Below, one piece after another: positions 12,701-24,600 of a stretch of 64,000 bases of DNA (positions are counted from its first letter, which is position 1; every line of letters starts with the position of its first letter). The notes beneath the pieces were generated by a model that searched no databases, was not told where the DNA came from, and saw nothing but the letters and a program-made list of their open reading frames with translations. Position numbers and translations under genes: made by a program. Source of the stretch: Anaeramoeba ignava BMAN (Eukaryota; Protista; Anaeramoebae); NCBI GenBank assembly GCA_028826165.1, contig JAPDFW010000071.1:310001-374000 (forward strand). The letters run 5' to 3'.

Positions 12701-12813
12701 AACAAGATTTTGAAAGAAGAAAACAAATTCCTGGTTTTATTAATCCTTATGAACAACATGATGATGAAAATGATAATGATAATGATAATGATAATTCAAT
12801 TAATATGAATTAG
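6774..12813 (+). CDS. XPO1: Exportin-1 (CRM1) interrupted by an intein; exons 6774-6869, 7463-7744, 7825-8085, 8163-8252, 8323-11971, 12380-12813
   Basis: Hallmark CRM1 motifs LLDFS..[111 protein letters not shown]. There is one in-frame TAA at 12391-12393 in the last exon. Confidence 0.96.
6895..7440. repeat. (AAAATT)n hexamer tract in XPO1 intron 1
   Basis: Directly visible. It produces the spurious (KI)n ORF tail. Confidence 0.9.
9355..10911 (+). mobile_element. Intein (519 aa) with degenerate LAGLIDADG-type endonuclease region, inserted in exportin-1
   Basis: In-frame insertion splits the conserved CRM1 motif into GIKDM | SCDTFLKI. Block A is SLHHDQKVII, block B is TKNH (TxxH), block F is YVYDFSV, block G is FVHN followed by Ser+1. 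LAGLIDADG-like remnants are LGFLFGAYFNIG and FLSGFFSGFY. Confidence 0.95.
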
Positions 12814-12917
12814 AATTTAAATCTTTTTCTTTTTCTTTTCTTTTCTTTTAAAAAATTTAAAAACAAAATTCAATAAATTCAAAAAATTTTTTTTCATTTT
12901 TTTCATTTCTTTTTAAA

Positions 12918-15114
12918 ATGAGAAAGATTTTAAAAGCAAATAATGTTGAAAATTTGGTTATTGAATCTTCAAAAATAAAAGTAAATTTTAAATTAAAATT
13001 AAAATAAAAATTAAAAATTAAAATTAAAATTAAAATAAAAAGCCAAATACAATTATTAAAGCTATTCAAGAAAATTGTTCAATTCCAATATTTCAAACTC
13101 TTCTTGATCATGGAAATAAATTAGATTATAAAACTGTAATCAAAATTAAAATAATATTTTTATATAAAGACTTTTTATTATTAATTTAAATTAATTAAAA
13201 TTTTTAGCAAGTAAAATTAAGTTTTTTTTAAAAAAAGAAATAAATTTATTATTAATTTAAATTAAAGTATGGGGAAAGTATAATTGAATTTGCATGTAAA
13301 CATAAACTAGATATAGAAAAAATTCGTTTTTTAATTAAACAAGGAGCACCTGTTAATACTCAAAATGTTTAAAACAAAATCAAAATCAAAATCAAATAAT
13401 TTCCTTTTTTATTTTTTAATAAAAAATAATTTAAATTTATTTAGATTGTATAAATTCAATTTTATATCCTTTTTATTTTAAATTTTATTTATTCATTTTA
13501 AAAAACAAAAAACAAATGATTCTAATTTTATTTAGTGGGTTTTTTTTTTAAAAAATTTTAAATTAAAGTTTATTTAGTTTATTTTTATCATTTTTATCAT
13601 TTTTATCATTTTAGAAAGATACTCCTTTACATTTTGCATGTTTTTATCCAGGAAATTTTCCTTTAATTGATTTATTATTAAATGAAACTATTGATATTAA
13701 TTCAAAAGGAGTTTGAATTTAAAACTAAAATCAATTATTTTTAAAGAAAGGATTTATTTAGAAAATTTTTTAGAATGTAAATTTGAATTTTAATTTTATA
13801 AATGAATTTGAATTTTAATTTTAATTTTAATTTGAATTTTAATTTTAATTTTAATTTTAATTTTAATTTTAATTTCAAAATGAATTTTAATTTTTAAATT
13901 TAATTTTAATTTTAATTTTAATTTTAATTTTAATTTTAATTGAAAAGATGGTAATTTTAATACTTTAAACAAAAATAATCTAGAATTATAATAACAATAA
14001 TAATTATAGGGAAATACACCTTTACATAATTGCGCATATTTTGAATGTGGAATTGATAAATTTATATATTTAATATCAAAAGGAGCTGATCCTAATATTA
14101 TGAATGTTTGTGAATAAAAAATCAACAAAAAAAACAATAAATAGTTTTGATTTTAAAACAAAATATTTTTTTAGAAAGTAAAATAGAAAGAAATAATTTT
14201 TAATTTTAATCTTCATTCTAAATTTTTATTTTTCATTCCAAAAAAAAACAAAGAAAGTAAAATTAAAATTAAAATTAAAAATTAAAAGTAAAATTAAAAT
14301 TAAAATAAAAATTAAAATTAAAATTAAAATTAAAATTAAAATTAAAATTAAAATTAAAATTAAAATTAAAATTAAAATTAAAATTAAAATTAAAATTAAA
14401 ATTTAAAATTTAAAATTAAAGGGACAAAAACCAATTGATTTGGTTCAAAAAAAAGAATCATTCGAATTTTTTTTTAAATGTGAAAGTTTATTTAATGATT
14501 TTCGAATATTATTTGAAAAACAAGAAGTTATTGATATTAAATTTGAATTAAATGATGGAGAAATTGGAGCACATAAAACAATTTTAGCAGCAAAAATTGG
14601 AGAAGAAAACATTGAAAAATTCAAAAATTCACTAAAAACAAAAGTACTTAAATTTGCGAAGAAAATTCTATATTTGATTTATTTTGGAATAAGTTTAGAA
14701 GAAGATATTCCACAATTAAAATTGTTTTTTGAACAAACAAAGTTTTTAAAATTTGAAAATTTTTTTGGATTTGAAAAATTTTTCGAACTTATGGATCAAT
14801 TATATCAATCGGAAAAAACAAAAAATTTTACAATTTTGGTTGGATCAAATGAGATTAAAGTTCATAGAGTTGTTCTTTCTGCAAGAAGTGAACTTTATAA
14901 AGGAATGTTTATGAACGTTAATGATGACAGCAATAAAGTTAATGATTATAGTGGAAATTCTTTTAAAAGTTTTGAACAATTGATCCACTTTTTTTATTTG
15001 AACCAAATAGATCCAAAATGTCCAAAAAAAGTTATACAAGAATTAACTGATTCAGTTGAATATTATCAAGTGAGAAAATTGAAAGAACAAATTGAATTTC
15101 AATTTAAAAAATGA
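12918..15114 (+). CDS. Ankyrin-repeat + tandem BTB/POZ protein with seven 3-nt micro-exons (13 exons)
   Basis: Exons: 12918-12980, 13043-13135, [13208-13210 Q], 13268-13366, [13445-13447 I], [13536-13538 W], 13615-13710, [13774-13776 N], [13948-13950 M], 14010-14105, [14175-14177 K], [14254-14256 K], 14422-15114. Splicing gives LDYKT-Q-YGESIIEFAC, VNTQN-I-W-KDTPLHFAC, INSKG-N-M-GNTPLHNCA and PNIMN-K-K-GQKPIDL. BTB motifs are IGAHKTIL and IKVHRVVLSARSELYKGMF. Confidence 0.88.
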
Positions 15115-15223
15115 AATTTTTTTTTTTTTTAATTTTTTTTAATTTTAATTTTTCATTTTTTTCTTTTCAAATAAATAAAAAGAAGAATAAAAAGAAGAAT
15201 AAAAAATAAATAAAAAATAAAAA

Positions 15224-18200
15224 ATGGAGAATCAAGAAGTAAAAAAAAAAGAATTTCAAAAAAAATTTTAATAAAGAATTTTAAAAAAAATTTCAATAAA
15301 AAATTTAAATAAATTTAAATAAAAAATTTAAAAAGGATGAATTTCAAAAATTTATGACTTTTCTTCAAGCTCATCCTTATGATTTTACAAGATGGACTCA
15401 ATTCTTAGTTTTTGTTGAAAAACAAAAAATTATTTCAAATATTCGAACTGCTTTTGATTTTTTTTTACAATTATTTCCTCTTACTTTTGGTTATTGGAAT
15501 AAATATGCTGAATTAGATCCAGAAAATAATCATGATATTTATGAAAGAGCAATAAAAGCTGTTCCTTATTCTGTTGAAATTTGGGGTTTTTATTGTACTT
15601 TTGCAACTGAAAATTTACCAATTCAATCAACTCGAAAGTAATATTTTTTTTAACTAAAATTTAAATTTACCAATTTAAAACAGAATTCAAAAAGGAATCA
15701 AAAACAGAATTTATAATGAAATTTATAACAGAATTTATAACAGAATTTATAACAGAATTTATAACAAAATTTATAACAGAATTTATAACAAAATTTATAA
15801 TGAAATTTACAACAAAATTTATAACGAAATTTATAATGAAATTTATAATGAAATTTATAATGAAATTTATAACAGAATTTATAATGAAATTTATAACAAA
15901 ATTTACAACAGAATTTATAACAAAATTTATAACAGAATTTACAACAAAATTTATAACAAAATTTATAACAAAATTTATAACAGAATTTATAATGAAATTT
16001 ATAACAGAATTTATAACAAAATTTATAACAAAATTTATAACAGAATTTATAACAGAATTTATAACAGAATTTATAATGAAATTTATAAAAGAATTTATAA
16101 TGAAATTTATAACAGAATTTATAACAAAATTTATAACAAAATTTATAATGAAATTTATAACAAAATTTATAACAGAATTTATAATGAAATTTATAACAAA
16201 ATTTATAACAAAATTTATAACGAAATTTATAATGAAATTTATAACAAAATTTATAACAGAATTTATAATGAAATTTATAACAAAATTTATAACAGAATTT
16301 ATAATGAAATTTATAACAAAATTTATAACAAAATTTATAACAAAATTTATAAAAGAATTTATAATGAAATTTAAAACAGAATTTATAACAAAATTTATAA
16401 CAAAATTTATAATGAAATTTATAACAAAATTTATAACAAAATTTATAATGAAATTTATAACAGAATTTATAACAAAATTTATAATGAAATTTATAACAGA
16501 ATTTATAACAAAATTTATAACAGAATTTATAATGAAATTTATAACAAAATTTATAACAGAATTTATAATGAAATTTATAACAGAATTTATAATGAAATTT
16601 ATAACAAAATTTATAACAAAATTTACAACAAAATTTATAAAAGAATTTATAATGAAATTTATAACAAAATTTATAACAAAATTTATAATGAAATTTATAA
16701 CAGAATTTATAATTAAATTGAAAATTAAATTGAAAATGAATTTAATTTTATTAGAATTTTTGAAAGAGCAATAGAAACAGTTGGAATTAATTTTCTTTCT
16801 TATGGATTATGGAATCAATTTATAAATTGGGAAATACAACAAGAAGAATTTGAATTTGCAAGTAAATTATATCAAAAAGTTATTAGAATTCCAATACAAC
16901 AATTAGAGCATATTTGGGAAAGGTAGATTTAAATTAAATTAAATTAAATTAAATTAAATTATTTAAATTTGAAAATCAAAAATTTCATTAGTTATAGAGC
17001 TTATGCTCATACAAGACCAATTGATGAACTTGCAAATGATGAAGAAATTCGAGAAATTGATGAAATACTTAAAGAAGATTATAGATTAAATAATGGTAAA
17101 TTAAAATTAAAAATTAAAATTAAAAATAAAATTAAAATTAAAATTAAAAATAAAAATAAAATTAAAATTAAAATTAAAATTAAAATTAAAATCGGATAAA
17201 AAATTAAAATTAAAAATTATTAAGTTAAAAGAAGTAAAGCTGAAATTGATGTTTTTAGAATGAGAGCTCTTCTTGAAAAACAAGAAAAAATTTTCAAAAA
17301 GACACTTTCTAAAGTTAATCAAATTGGTTATTATGAAAGTGGAATTAAAAGGTTTTTCTTTCATGTTAAACCATTAGAACAAACTCAATTAACTAAATGG
17401 GAACAATATTTAAATTTTGCTGAAGAAGAATTTGAAAAAAAAGAAGAATCAATTGAATTTGTTATTCAAATTTATGAAAGATGTCTTCTTCCAACAGTAT
17501 AATTTTTAGAACTAAAATTAAAATTAATTTATAAAATTAAAATTAATTTATAAAATTAAAATTAATTTATAAAATTAATTTATAAAATTAATTTATAAAA
17601 TTAAAATTAAAATTAATTTATAAAATTAAAATCGGATAAAAATTAAAATTAAAATCGGATAAAAATTAAAATTAAAATTAATTTATAAAATTAAAATTAA
17701 AATTAAAATTAAAATTAAAATTAAAATCGGATAAAAATTAAAATTAAAATTAATTTATAAAATAAAAATTCATTTATAAAATTATAATTAAAATCGGATA
17801 AAAATTGTGTTCCCTTTAAGGCTTTATACCCAATTTTTTGGATTCGATACGCAAGATTTCTTGAACAAAATTCACGAATAGCAGATACAAGAGAAGTATA
17901 CACACGAGCAACACAAATATTTCTTCGAGATAAACCACAAGCATTTTTAGAATATGCAGAATTTGAAGAAAGACAAAAAGAATTTTTAACTTCAAGAAGT
18001 GTATATAATCAACTCCTCACAAACATTGCGCCATTCCATTTAGAAACAATCACAAAATTTGCGGAATTTGAACGAAGAATGTTTGGAACTCCCTTTTCCA
18101 TTCAGGCAGAGAATGAAGAAGATGTTGTGGTTCCGATTTATGAAAATTCTCTTAAAGATTTTTCAACAAGACAAGTTACAAGAATTCCGGCAAAAAGTAA

Positions 18201-18672
18201 ATTGCCGGAAACTTTACTTGCTATTGAATTATGTCGTTATTTGAACCGACGAATTTTGTTCTACTTTTCCAAACAAAATCCCGAAATGGCAAATAAGTTA
18301 TTGGAAAAAGCAAGACGTTTAATGGAATCACAAATTGCTAATCATGGTGATAATATTGACTTGTGGATGACTTTGATTGACTTTGAAATTAAAGTTGGTG
18401 GCGTTGAAACCTTCTCAAGACTCAAAACAATTTTTGAAACAGGACTTTCACAAGCTTGTCCTCTTTCAAATGAGAATAAACATTTACTTTTGACATTATC
18501 ATTGGATCTTGCTCGTGTTTATTCGGGTGACATTAACGAGATTTTTCAGATCCAAAAAAGATTGATTTCAAATCCTTTTAGTGTTTCTACTTTTCAAGAA
18601 TTAGAAAAAAACAAAACAAGATTAAATTTACAACAAAACATGATAAATCAAAAACAAGCGAAACTTCAATAA
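15224..18672 (+). CDS. PRP39: Pre-mRNA-processing factor 39-like (HAT-repeat U1 snRNP protein), multi-exon
   Basis: HPYDFTRW..., IRTAFDFFLQLFPLTFGYWNKYA, YERAIKAVPYSVEIW, IFERAIETVGINFLSYGLW, YESGIKRFFFHVKPLE..QLTKWEQYLNF, YERCLLP.ALYPIFWIRYA match PRP39 HAT motifs. Confidence 0.88.
15700..16715. repeat. Intronic 12-nt minisatellite (AAATTTATAACA / GAATTTATAACA / AAATTTATAATG variants)
   Basis: About 1 kb tandem array inside PRP39 intron 15638-16754. It explains the (KFIT/EFIM)n ORF. Confidence 0.9.
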
Positions 18673-18874
18673 AAACAAAAACAAAAACAAAAACAAAAAC
18701 AAAAACAAAAACAAAAACAATTTAATACTTTTAAAAATAATAAAAATTTTTTTAATTTTTTTCATTTTTCATTTTTCATTTTTCATTTTTCTATCTTAAG
18801 TGTTTATTATTATTATTATTATTATTAAAAAATAATTTAATTAAAATTCAGTTATTTTTCCGTTAAAAAAAAAA

Positions 18875-20239
18875 ATGAATTCACCTTTTATTCAAAATCA
18901 AAATCAAAATCAAAATCAAAAGATTGAAATAACTCTTTGTGAAAAAAACACAGTTCTTTTAGGATTAACTGGAGAACAACAAAAAGATAGAAAAACACTT
19001 TCAGAATTTTCCAAAATATCAGGAACAATATATCCACATATTTTAGTGGAAAACAGAGAGAACACAAACGAACCAGCAATAAAAAGCATATCTTGGCATA
19101 AATATCAGCAAAAATTTGCAGTTTTATTAGGCGATGATCAAGTGGCAATTTTTGATCTTCTTCAACAAAATTGGGAAAATTTGCAACTTTCAAATCCAGA
19201 ACAGACAAACAGCACTTGCATCAAATATCGTCCTCTTTCGGGCGATTCTTTTGCGGTTGGAAATGCAAATGGAAATGTTATTGTTTGGAGGATTAAACAC
19301 TCTTTGATTTTTGGAGAATCTCAAGAAGAAATGGATTTTATTGATGAAAATCAAGAATCAATTGAGCCATTTAATTCGCAATCAAAAATGAGAAATGAAC
19401 AGAAAATTAGTCATTTAATGGAGCAAGAATCCAAAGAGGGAGTTATTATGTGTATTTTGAAGCACAAGAAACCTGTCAAAATGATTTCTTGGGCTGATAA
19501 TGGAAGACTAATTGCGGTTGCAAGTGATTCTTTTATTTTTATTTGGGACATTTTTACTCAAAAACAAACGGAATTAAAAAGACCTTCTTCATTCAAAACT
19601 TCAATTGATTCCGTCGAATGGTCGCCTTCTGGATTGTATTTGATTGCGATAATGAATAAAACTCAATTAGTTATTTATGAAACACAAAATTGGAATTCTC
19701 AAATTTTGAAATATGACTTGAAAATTGGATCAATTTGTTGGAATTCAAATGATGACATGCTTTGTTTGTCTTTTAAAAATCACGTTGAAATTGATTTTGT
19801 CCGTTTTATGAATACTTATTCAGAATCAAAACCAAGTTTTGATATAAATGTTTCAAGTGAAAATTTGAATGAAATTGTGGAAAATCATTTTCGATCTTTC
19901 CGAAATTTATCTCATCAAGAGATCATTGACCAAGACAATCAAGATGAATATTCAATAAAGAAAATGGCGTTAGATCCTTCAGGAAAAAGACTTGCAATCA
20001 TTTTCTCTGATTCAAGTCCTTTAAATAAACTTATTTGTCTTCTTTCAGTTCAACAACTTAAAATTCCCTATTCAATCCAATTATCTTTTATTGGATATAT
20101 TCATGGTTCTCCTGAATGTGGAAAGCCTCAAATTCTTTCTTTTTCTCCAAATTTCACAAAAGGCGCTTTACTTTGTTGTGTTTGGGAAAATGGAAGAATT
20201 CAACTTTTACCTCTTTATTTTAAAAATGATTTTAATTAA
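18875..20239 (+). CDS. AAAS: Aladin-like WD40 nucleoporin
   Basis: ISWHKYQQKFAV, CIKYRPLSGDSFAVG, WSPSGLYL, LDPSGKRLAI, and C-terminal FSPNFTKGALLCCVWENGRIQLLPLYF, typical of aladin. Confidence 0.8.
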   Translation: MNSPFIQNQNQNQNQKIEITLCEKNTVLLGLTGEQQKDRKTLSEFSKISGTIYPHILVENRENTNEPAIKSISWHKYQQKFAVLLGDDQVAIFDLLQQNWENLQLSNPEQTNSTCIKYRPLSGDSFAVGNANGNVIVWRIKHSLIFGESQEEMDFIDENQESIEPFNSQSKMRNEQKISHLMEQESKEGVIMCILKHKKPVKMISWADNGRLIAVASDSFIFIWDIFTQKQTELKRPSSFKTSIDSVEWSPSGLYLIAIMNKTQLVIYETQNWNSQILKYDLKIGSICWNSNDDMLCLSFKNHVEIDFVRFMNTYSESKPSFDINVSSENLNEIVENHFRSFRNLSHQEIIDQDNQDEYSIKKMALDPSGKRLAIIFSDSSPLNKLICLLSVQQLKIPYSIQLSFIGYIHGSPECGKPQILSFSPNFTKGALLCCVWENGRIQLLPLYFKNDFN

Positions 20240-20300
20240 AGTTTTATTTTTCAATTTTTCAATTTTTTAAATAAATTTCCAAATAAATTATTTTTCAATT

Positions 20301-21347
20301 TTAATTTTGTTTTTCAATAAATTTCCAAATAAATTCTTTAATAAATTTATTAGGATTAATTCTTTTTTCAAAATAAATCATTGCTTTTTCATTTAAATTT
20401 GGTATATAAGTACTTGAATTAATATTAAATTTTTTTTCATTCTTTTTTGATAAAATGGTTTGAACTTTGATTTTAATAATAACATTTTTATGTTTTGTTT
20501 CAAATGATAAATTCCCTTTTTTTTGATTGAATTTAAGATTGAAACATAATTTATCTTCATTTTGAATTTGATTTTGAATTTGATTTTGATTTTGATTTTG
20601 ATTTTGAATTTGAATTTGATTTTGAATTTGATTTTTATTTTGAATTTGATTTTGATTTTTAATTTGATTTTGATTTTGATTTTGATTTTGATTTTGATTT
20701 TGATTTTGAATTTGATTTTGATTTTCATTTTGAATTTGAATTTGAATTTGATTTTGATTTTGATTTTGATTTTGAATTTGATTTTGATTTTGATTTTGAT
20801 TTTGATTTTGATTTTGAATTTGAATTTGATTTTGATTTTGATTTTGAATTTGATTTTGATTTTGATTTTTATTTGATAACTTTTGAAACCAATTTAAAAG
20901 ATTTTCTTTTTCTTTTTCTTTTTCTTTTTCTTTTTCTTTTTCTTCAATTAATTCTGTATTTGGAAAATTTCTTTCAAAATCAAGTAGAAATTTTCTCATT
21001 GATTCACTTTGATATCGTTCTGAAATTTCTTTTAAATTAATATATTCTTTAATTAAATCCATTAATTCATTATCAATATTTTCAATTTGGTTGAAATTAT
21101 TTGGTTCAATTAAAAATTTTTCAAAAAATGAAAAAAGTTTTGCTCTTTCAATTTGTTCATTTTTTTTCAATAAATTAAGTTCTTTTTGTTGAATATTAAT
21201 TTCTTGTTCCATTTTATAAAGTTTTGAATTAATTTGATCAATATTTTCTTCAATATTAGAAATTTTATTAAATTGAGAAATTTGAAGTAATTCTTTTTGT
21301 AAATTTTCAATTAAAGAAAAAATTTGATTTTTAATTGGAATTTCCAT
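20301..21347 (-). CDS. Hypothetical coiled-coil protein with (QN)n tract
   Basis: 348-aa ORF with heptad-rich N-terminus, EK and QN repeats and a small globular C-terminus. No family recognised. Confidence 0.6.
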   Translation of the reverse strand: MEIPIKNQIFSLIENLQKELLQISQFNKISNIEENIDQINSKLYKMEQEINIQQKELNLLKKNEQIERAKLFSFFEKFLIEPNNFNQIENIDNELMDLIKEYINLKEISERYQSESMRKFLLDFERNFPNTELIEEKEKEKEKEKEKENLLNWFQKLSNKNQNQNQIQNQNQNQIQIQNQNQNQNQNQNQIQNQNQNQNQIQIQIQNENQNQIQNQNQNQNQNQNQNQIKNQNQIQNKNQIQNQIQIQNQNQNQNQIQNQIQNEDKLCFNLKFNQKKGNLSFETKHKNVIIKIKVQTILSKKNEKKFNINSSTYIPNLNEKAMIYFEKRINPNKFIKEFIWKFIEKQN

Positions 21348-21604
21348 TATTTTTATTTAAATTTAAATTTAAAAAAATGAAAAATGAAAAATGAAAAATG
21401 AAAAATGAAAAATTAATTTTTGAAGTTAATTAGTTTTTTTTTAATCCCAAAACAAACCAAAACATTCCTAAAAAAAAGAAAAGAAATTTCAAAGAAAGAA
21501 AAAAAAAATGGAAAGAAAAAAAAAAGTGGAACAAAAAAAAATTTTTTTTTCGTTAAGAAATCTTTTAAGAAAAAAAAAGAACATTTTCAAAAGGAATTTT
21601 GAAA

Positions 21605-24600
21605 TTAATTATCATTTTCGATATGGGAATTATTTTGTTCATTTTCATCAATAGGTTTTTCAATTTCGTTAGTATTTTGAGATGGTTCATCAATTTGGTC
21701 AGTTTTTATGATATCCAATTCATCTTTTTCGAATTGGCGAATATATTGACCATAAAAAGTAGTAAGTAAAATATAAGGAGCGAATTCTTCGAGGAATTCT
21801 CTTGAAATAAACGGGGAAGAATTAGCAAATTTATCAAGAATCATAAACATAGAACCAATAGGGAATTTTTTATCGGAAATATTTGGAATTTGGAAGAGAA
21901 CAAAAGAAGAAACTTCGATGAATTTATGGTGATAATTTGAAAGAAGTCTTTCTCCTTCTTGAAAAACAAAGTCTCTTTCTTCTGAAAGAATAAATTGGAA
22001 CTCAAGCATTTTTTGGATACACTGAACTATGCAGTGTGAGTTATTAGAATGTCCTTCTATGTCAGGAATGTATTTACTTTCTGTCCAGATGCTTGATGTA
22101 AATCCTGCTGCGTATAAATATGGTATTGATTCCCACATCCCTCCAAGGCTTACTTTTTTTCGTCGGGTTTGAATAGCTGCTGTAAATGCATGATCAACTC
22201 TTCTTTTTCGTGAAATTCCAATTGATTGTGCTAAGCAATCCATATCAAGTAGTTCTTCTTTTCCAAATGGATTTTGGAGATACTTTTAATTTTTTATCCG
22301 ATTTTAATTTTAATTTTTTATCCGATTTTAATTTTAATTTTTTATCCGATTTTAATTTTAATTTTGATTTTAATTTTAATTTTAATTTTAATTTTGATTT
22401 TAATTTTAATTTTAATTTTAATTTTAATTTTAATTTTAATTTTAATTTTAATTTTTTATCCGATTTTAATTTTATTTTTAATTTTAATTTTAATTTTAAT
22501 TTTAATTTTAAATTTAATTTTAATTTTAATTTTAATTTTAATTTTATTTTTGATTTTAATTTTAATTTTAATTTTAATTTTATAAATTAATTTTAATTTT
22601 AATTTTAATTTTATAAATTAATTTTAATTTTAATTTTAATTTTATAAATTAATTTTAATTTTAATTTTAATTTTGATTTTAATTTTTTACTTGTTTAAAT
22701 GCAATTGAAACATTTTCATAAATTAAACTGGAATTGTTCTGTATTGATTTTTCAAGTCCATCATAAAGCATTTCTCTCAATTTAAGTATTGCTCCAATAT
22801 GAATAGAAACAGTAATTAAATGATCAATTTCAACAAATTTCTTTAAAAGTTCAGAAGTTTTTTCTGGTTTCCAATAACATTTCTCGTATTCAATTAATAA
22901 AGTTTCATTTTGAACAAGAATTTCCTTAAAATATTTAAATTAAATTAAATCAAAATATTTAAATTAAATTAAATCAAAATATTTAAATTAAATTAAATCA
23001 AAATATTTAAATTAAATCAAATTATTTAAATTAAATTAAATCAATTTATTTAAATTAAATCAAAATATTTAAATTAAATTAAATCAATATAATTAAATTA
23101 AATCAAAATATTTAAATTAAATTAAATCAAATTATTTAAATTAAATTAAATTAAATCAAATTATTTAAATCAAATTATTTAAATTTTAAATTAAATCAAA
23201 AATATTTAAATTAAATCAAATTATTTAAATTAAATCAAATTTAAATTAAATTAAATTAAAAATAAATCAAAATATTTAAATTAAAAAAAAATTTAATTAA
23301 ATCAAAAAAATTAAATTATTTAATTTAAATTAAATCTATTTTAAATTAAATTAAATCAAAATATTTCAAAAAATTAAATTATTTTAAATTAAATCAAAAA
23401 TATTTAAATTAAATCAAAATTAATTAAATATTTAATTTTAAATTAAATTAAATCAATTTTATTTAAATTAAAATTAAATTAAATCAAATATATTTAAAAT
23501 TAAATTAAATCAATTTATTTAAATTAAATTAAATCAAAATATTTAAATTAAATCAATATATTTAAATTAAATTAAATCAAAATAATTAAATTAAATTAAA
23601 TTAAATCAATTTATTTAAATTAAATTAAATCAAAATATTTAAATTAAATTAAAATAATATATTTAAATTAAATTAAATCAAAATATTTAAATTAAATTAA
23701 ATTAAAATATTTAAATTAAATCAAAATATTTAAATTAAATCAAAATATTTAAATTAAATCAAAATATTTAAATTAAATTAAATTAAATTTATATTTAAAT
23801 TAAATCAAAATATTTAAATTTAAATTAAATCAATATATTTAAATTAAATCAAATTAAACTATACTTTAACTGTAATAATAAGTTTTGTAATTATATCTAA
23901 ACATGTATTATCAAGAGCCATAACACCATAAGGACCCAAAAAATCACATAAAGCAATCATTTCAGAAGTTTCAAAATAGAAATCAGCACGGAAAGGCATT
24001 CCATGTCTTGAAGCAAAACAACGACTCAATTCAGAATAAACAACTCCTTTTAAAATATAATTTGAAATGAAATTCTCAAAAAATTCTACATATGATGATA
24101 AAATTGTTCCATGAATATCAGGTGGATTTTCCCAAGAAAGAAGTTGTCCTTGAGGTCCTGGTGAATTTGCATAAACTTGTGATAATAATACTGATCTCGC
24201 AATTTTCATTACATCGATTTTCACTTTTAATTCAAATTTTAATTCAAATTTTAATTTTGATTTTAATTTTAATTCAAATTTTGATTTTTAAATTTTATTT
24301 TTAATTTTAATTTTAATTTTAATTTTAATTTTTAATTTTTATTTTTAAATTTAATTTTGATTTTGATTTTAATTTTAATTTTAATTTTAAATTTTAATTT
24401 TAAAGAAAAAATAATTTACAATTATCTTGAACTAGTTTTAAAGAATAAACTAAACTTGATATTCTATTAAGAAAAATACTTGGTCTTTGAATAAATTTTG
24501 GTTCAGTTTCAGTATAAATATATTTCATAAAATGGGTTTTAATGGCCAATTCAAGAGCCTCTTCAATAAACTTTAATAATATTAAAATTAAATTTAATAT

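Noticed and set aside
15716-16774. 352-aa (KFIT/EFIM)n ORF
   Set aside because: It lies almost entirely in a PRP39 intron minisatellite. The flanking exons splice in frame without it.
15224-18672. Functional link between PRP39 and the adjacent micro-exon gene
   Set aside because: Adjacency alone is not evidence in a eukaryotic genome.
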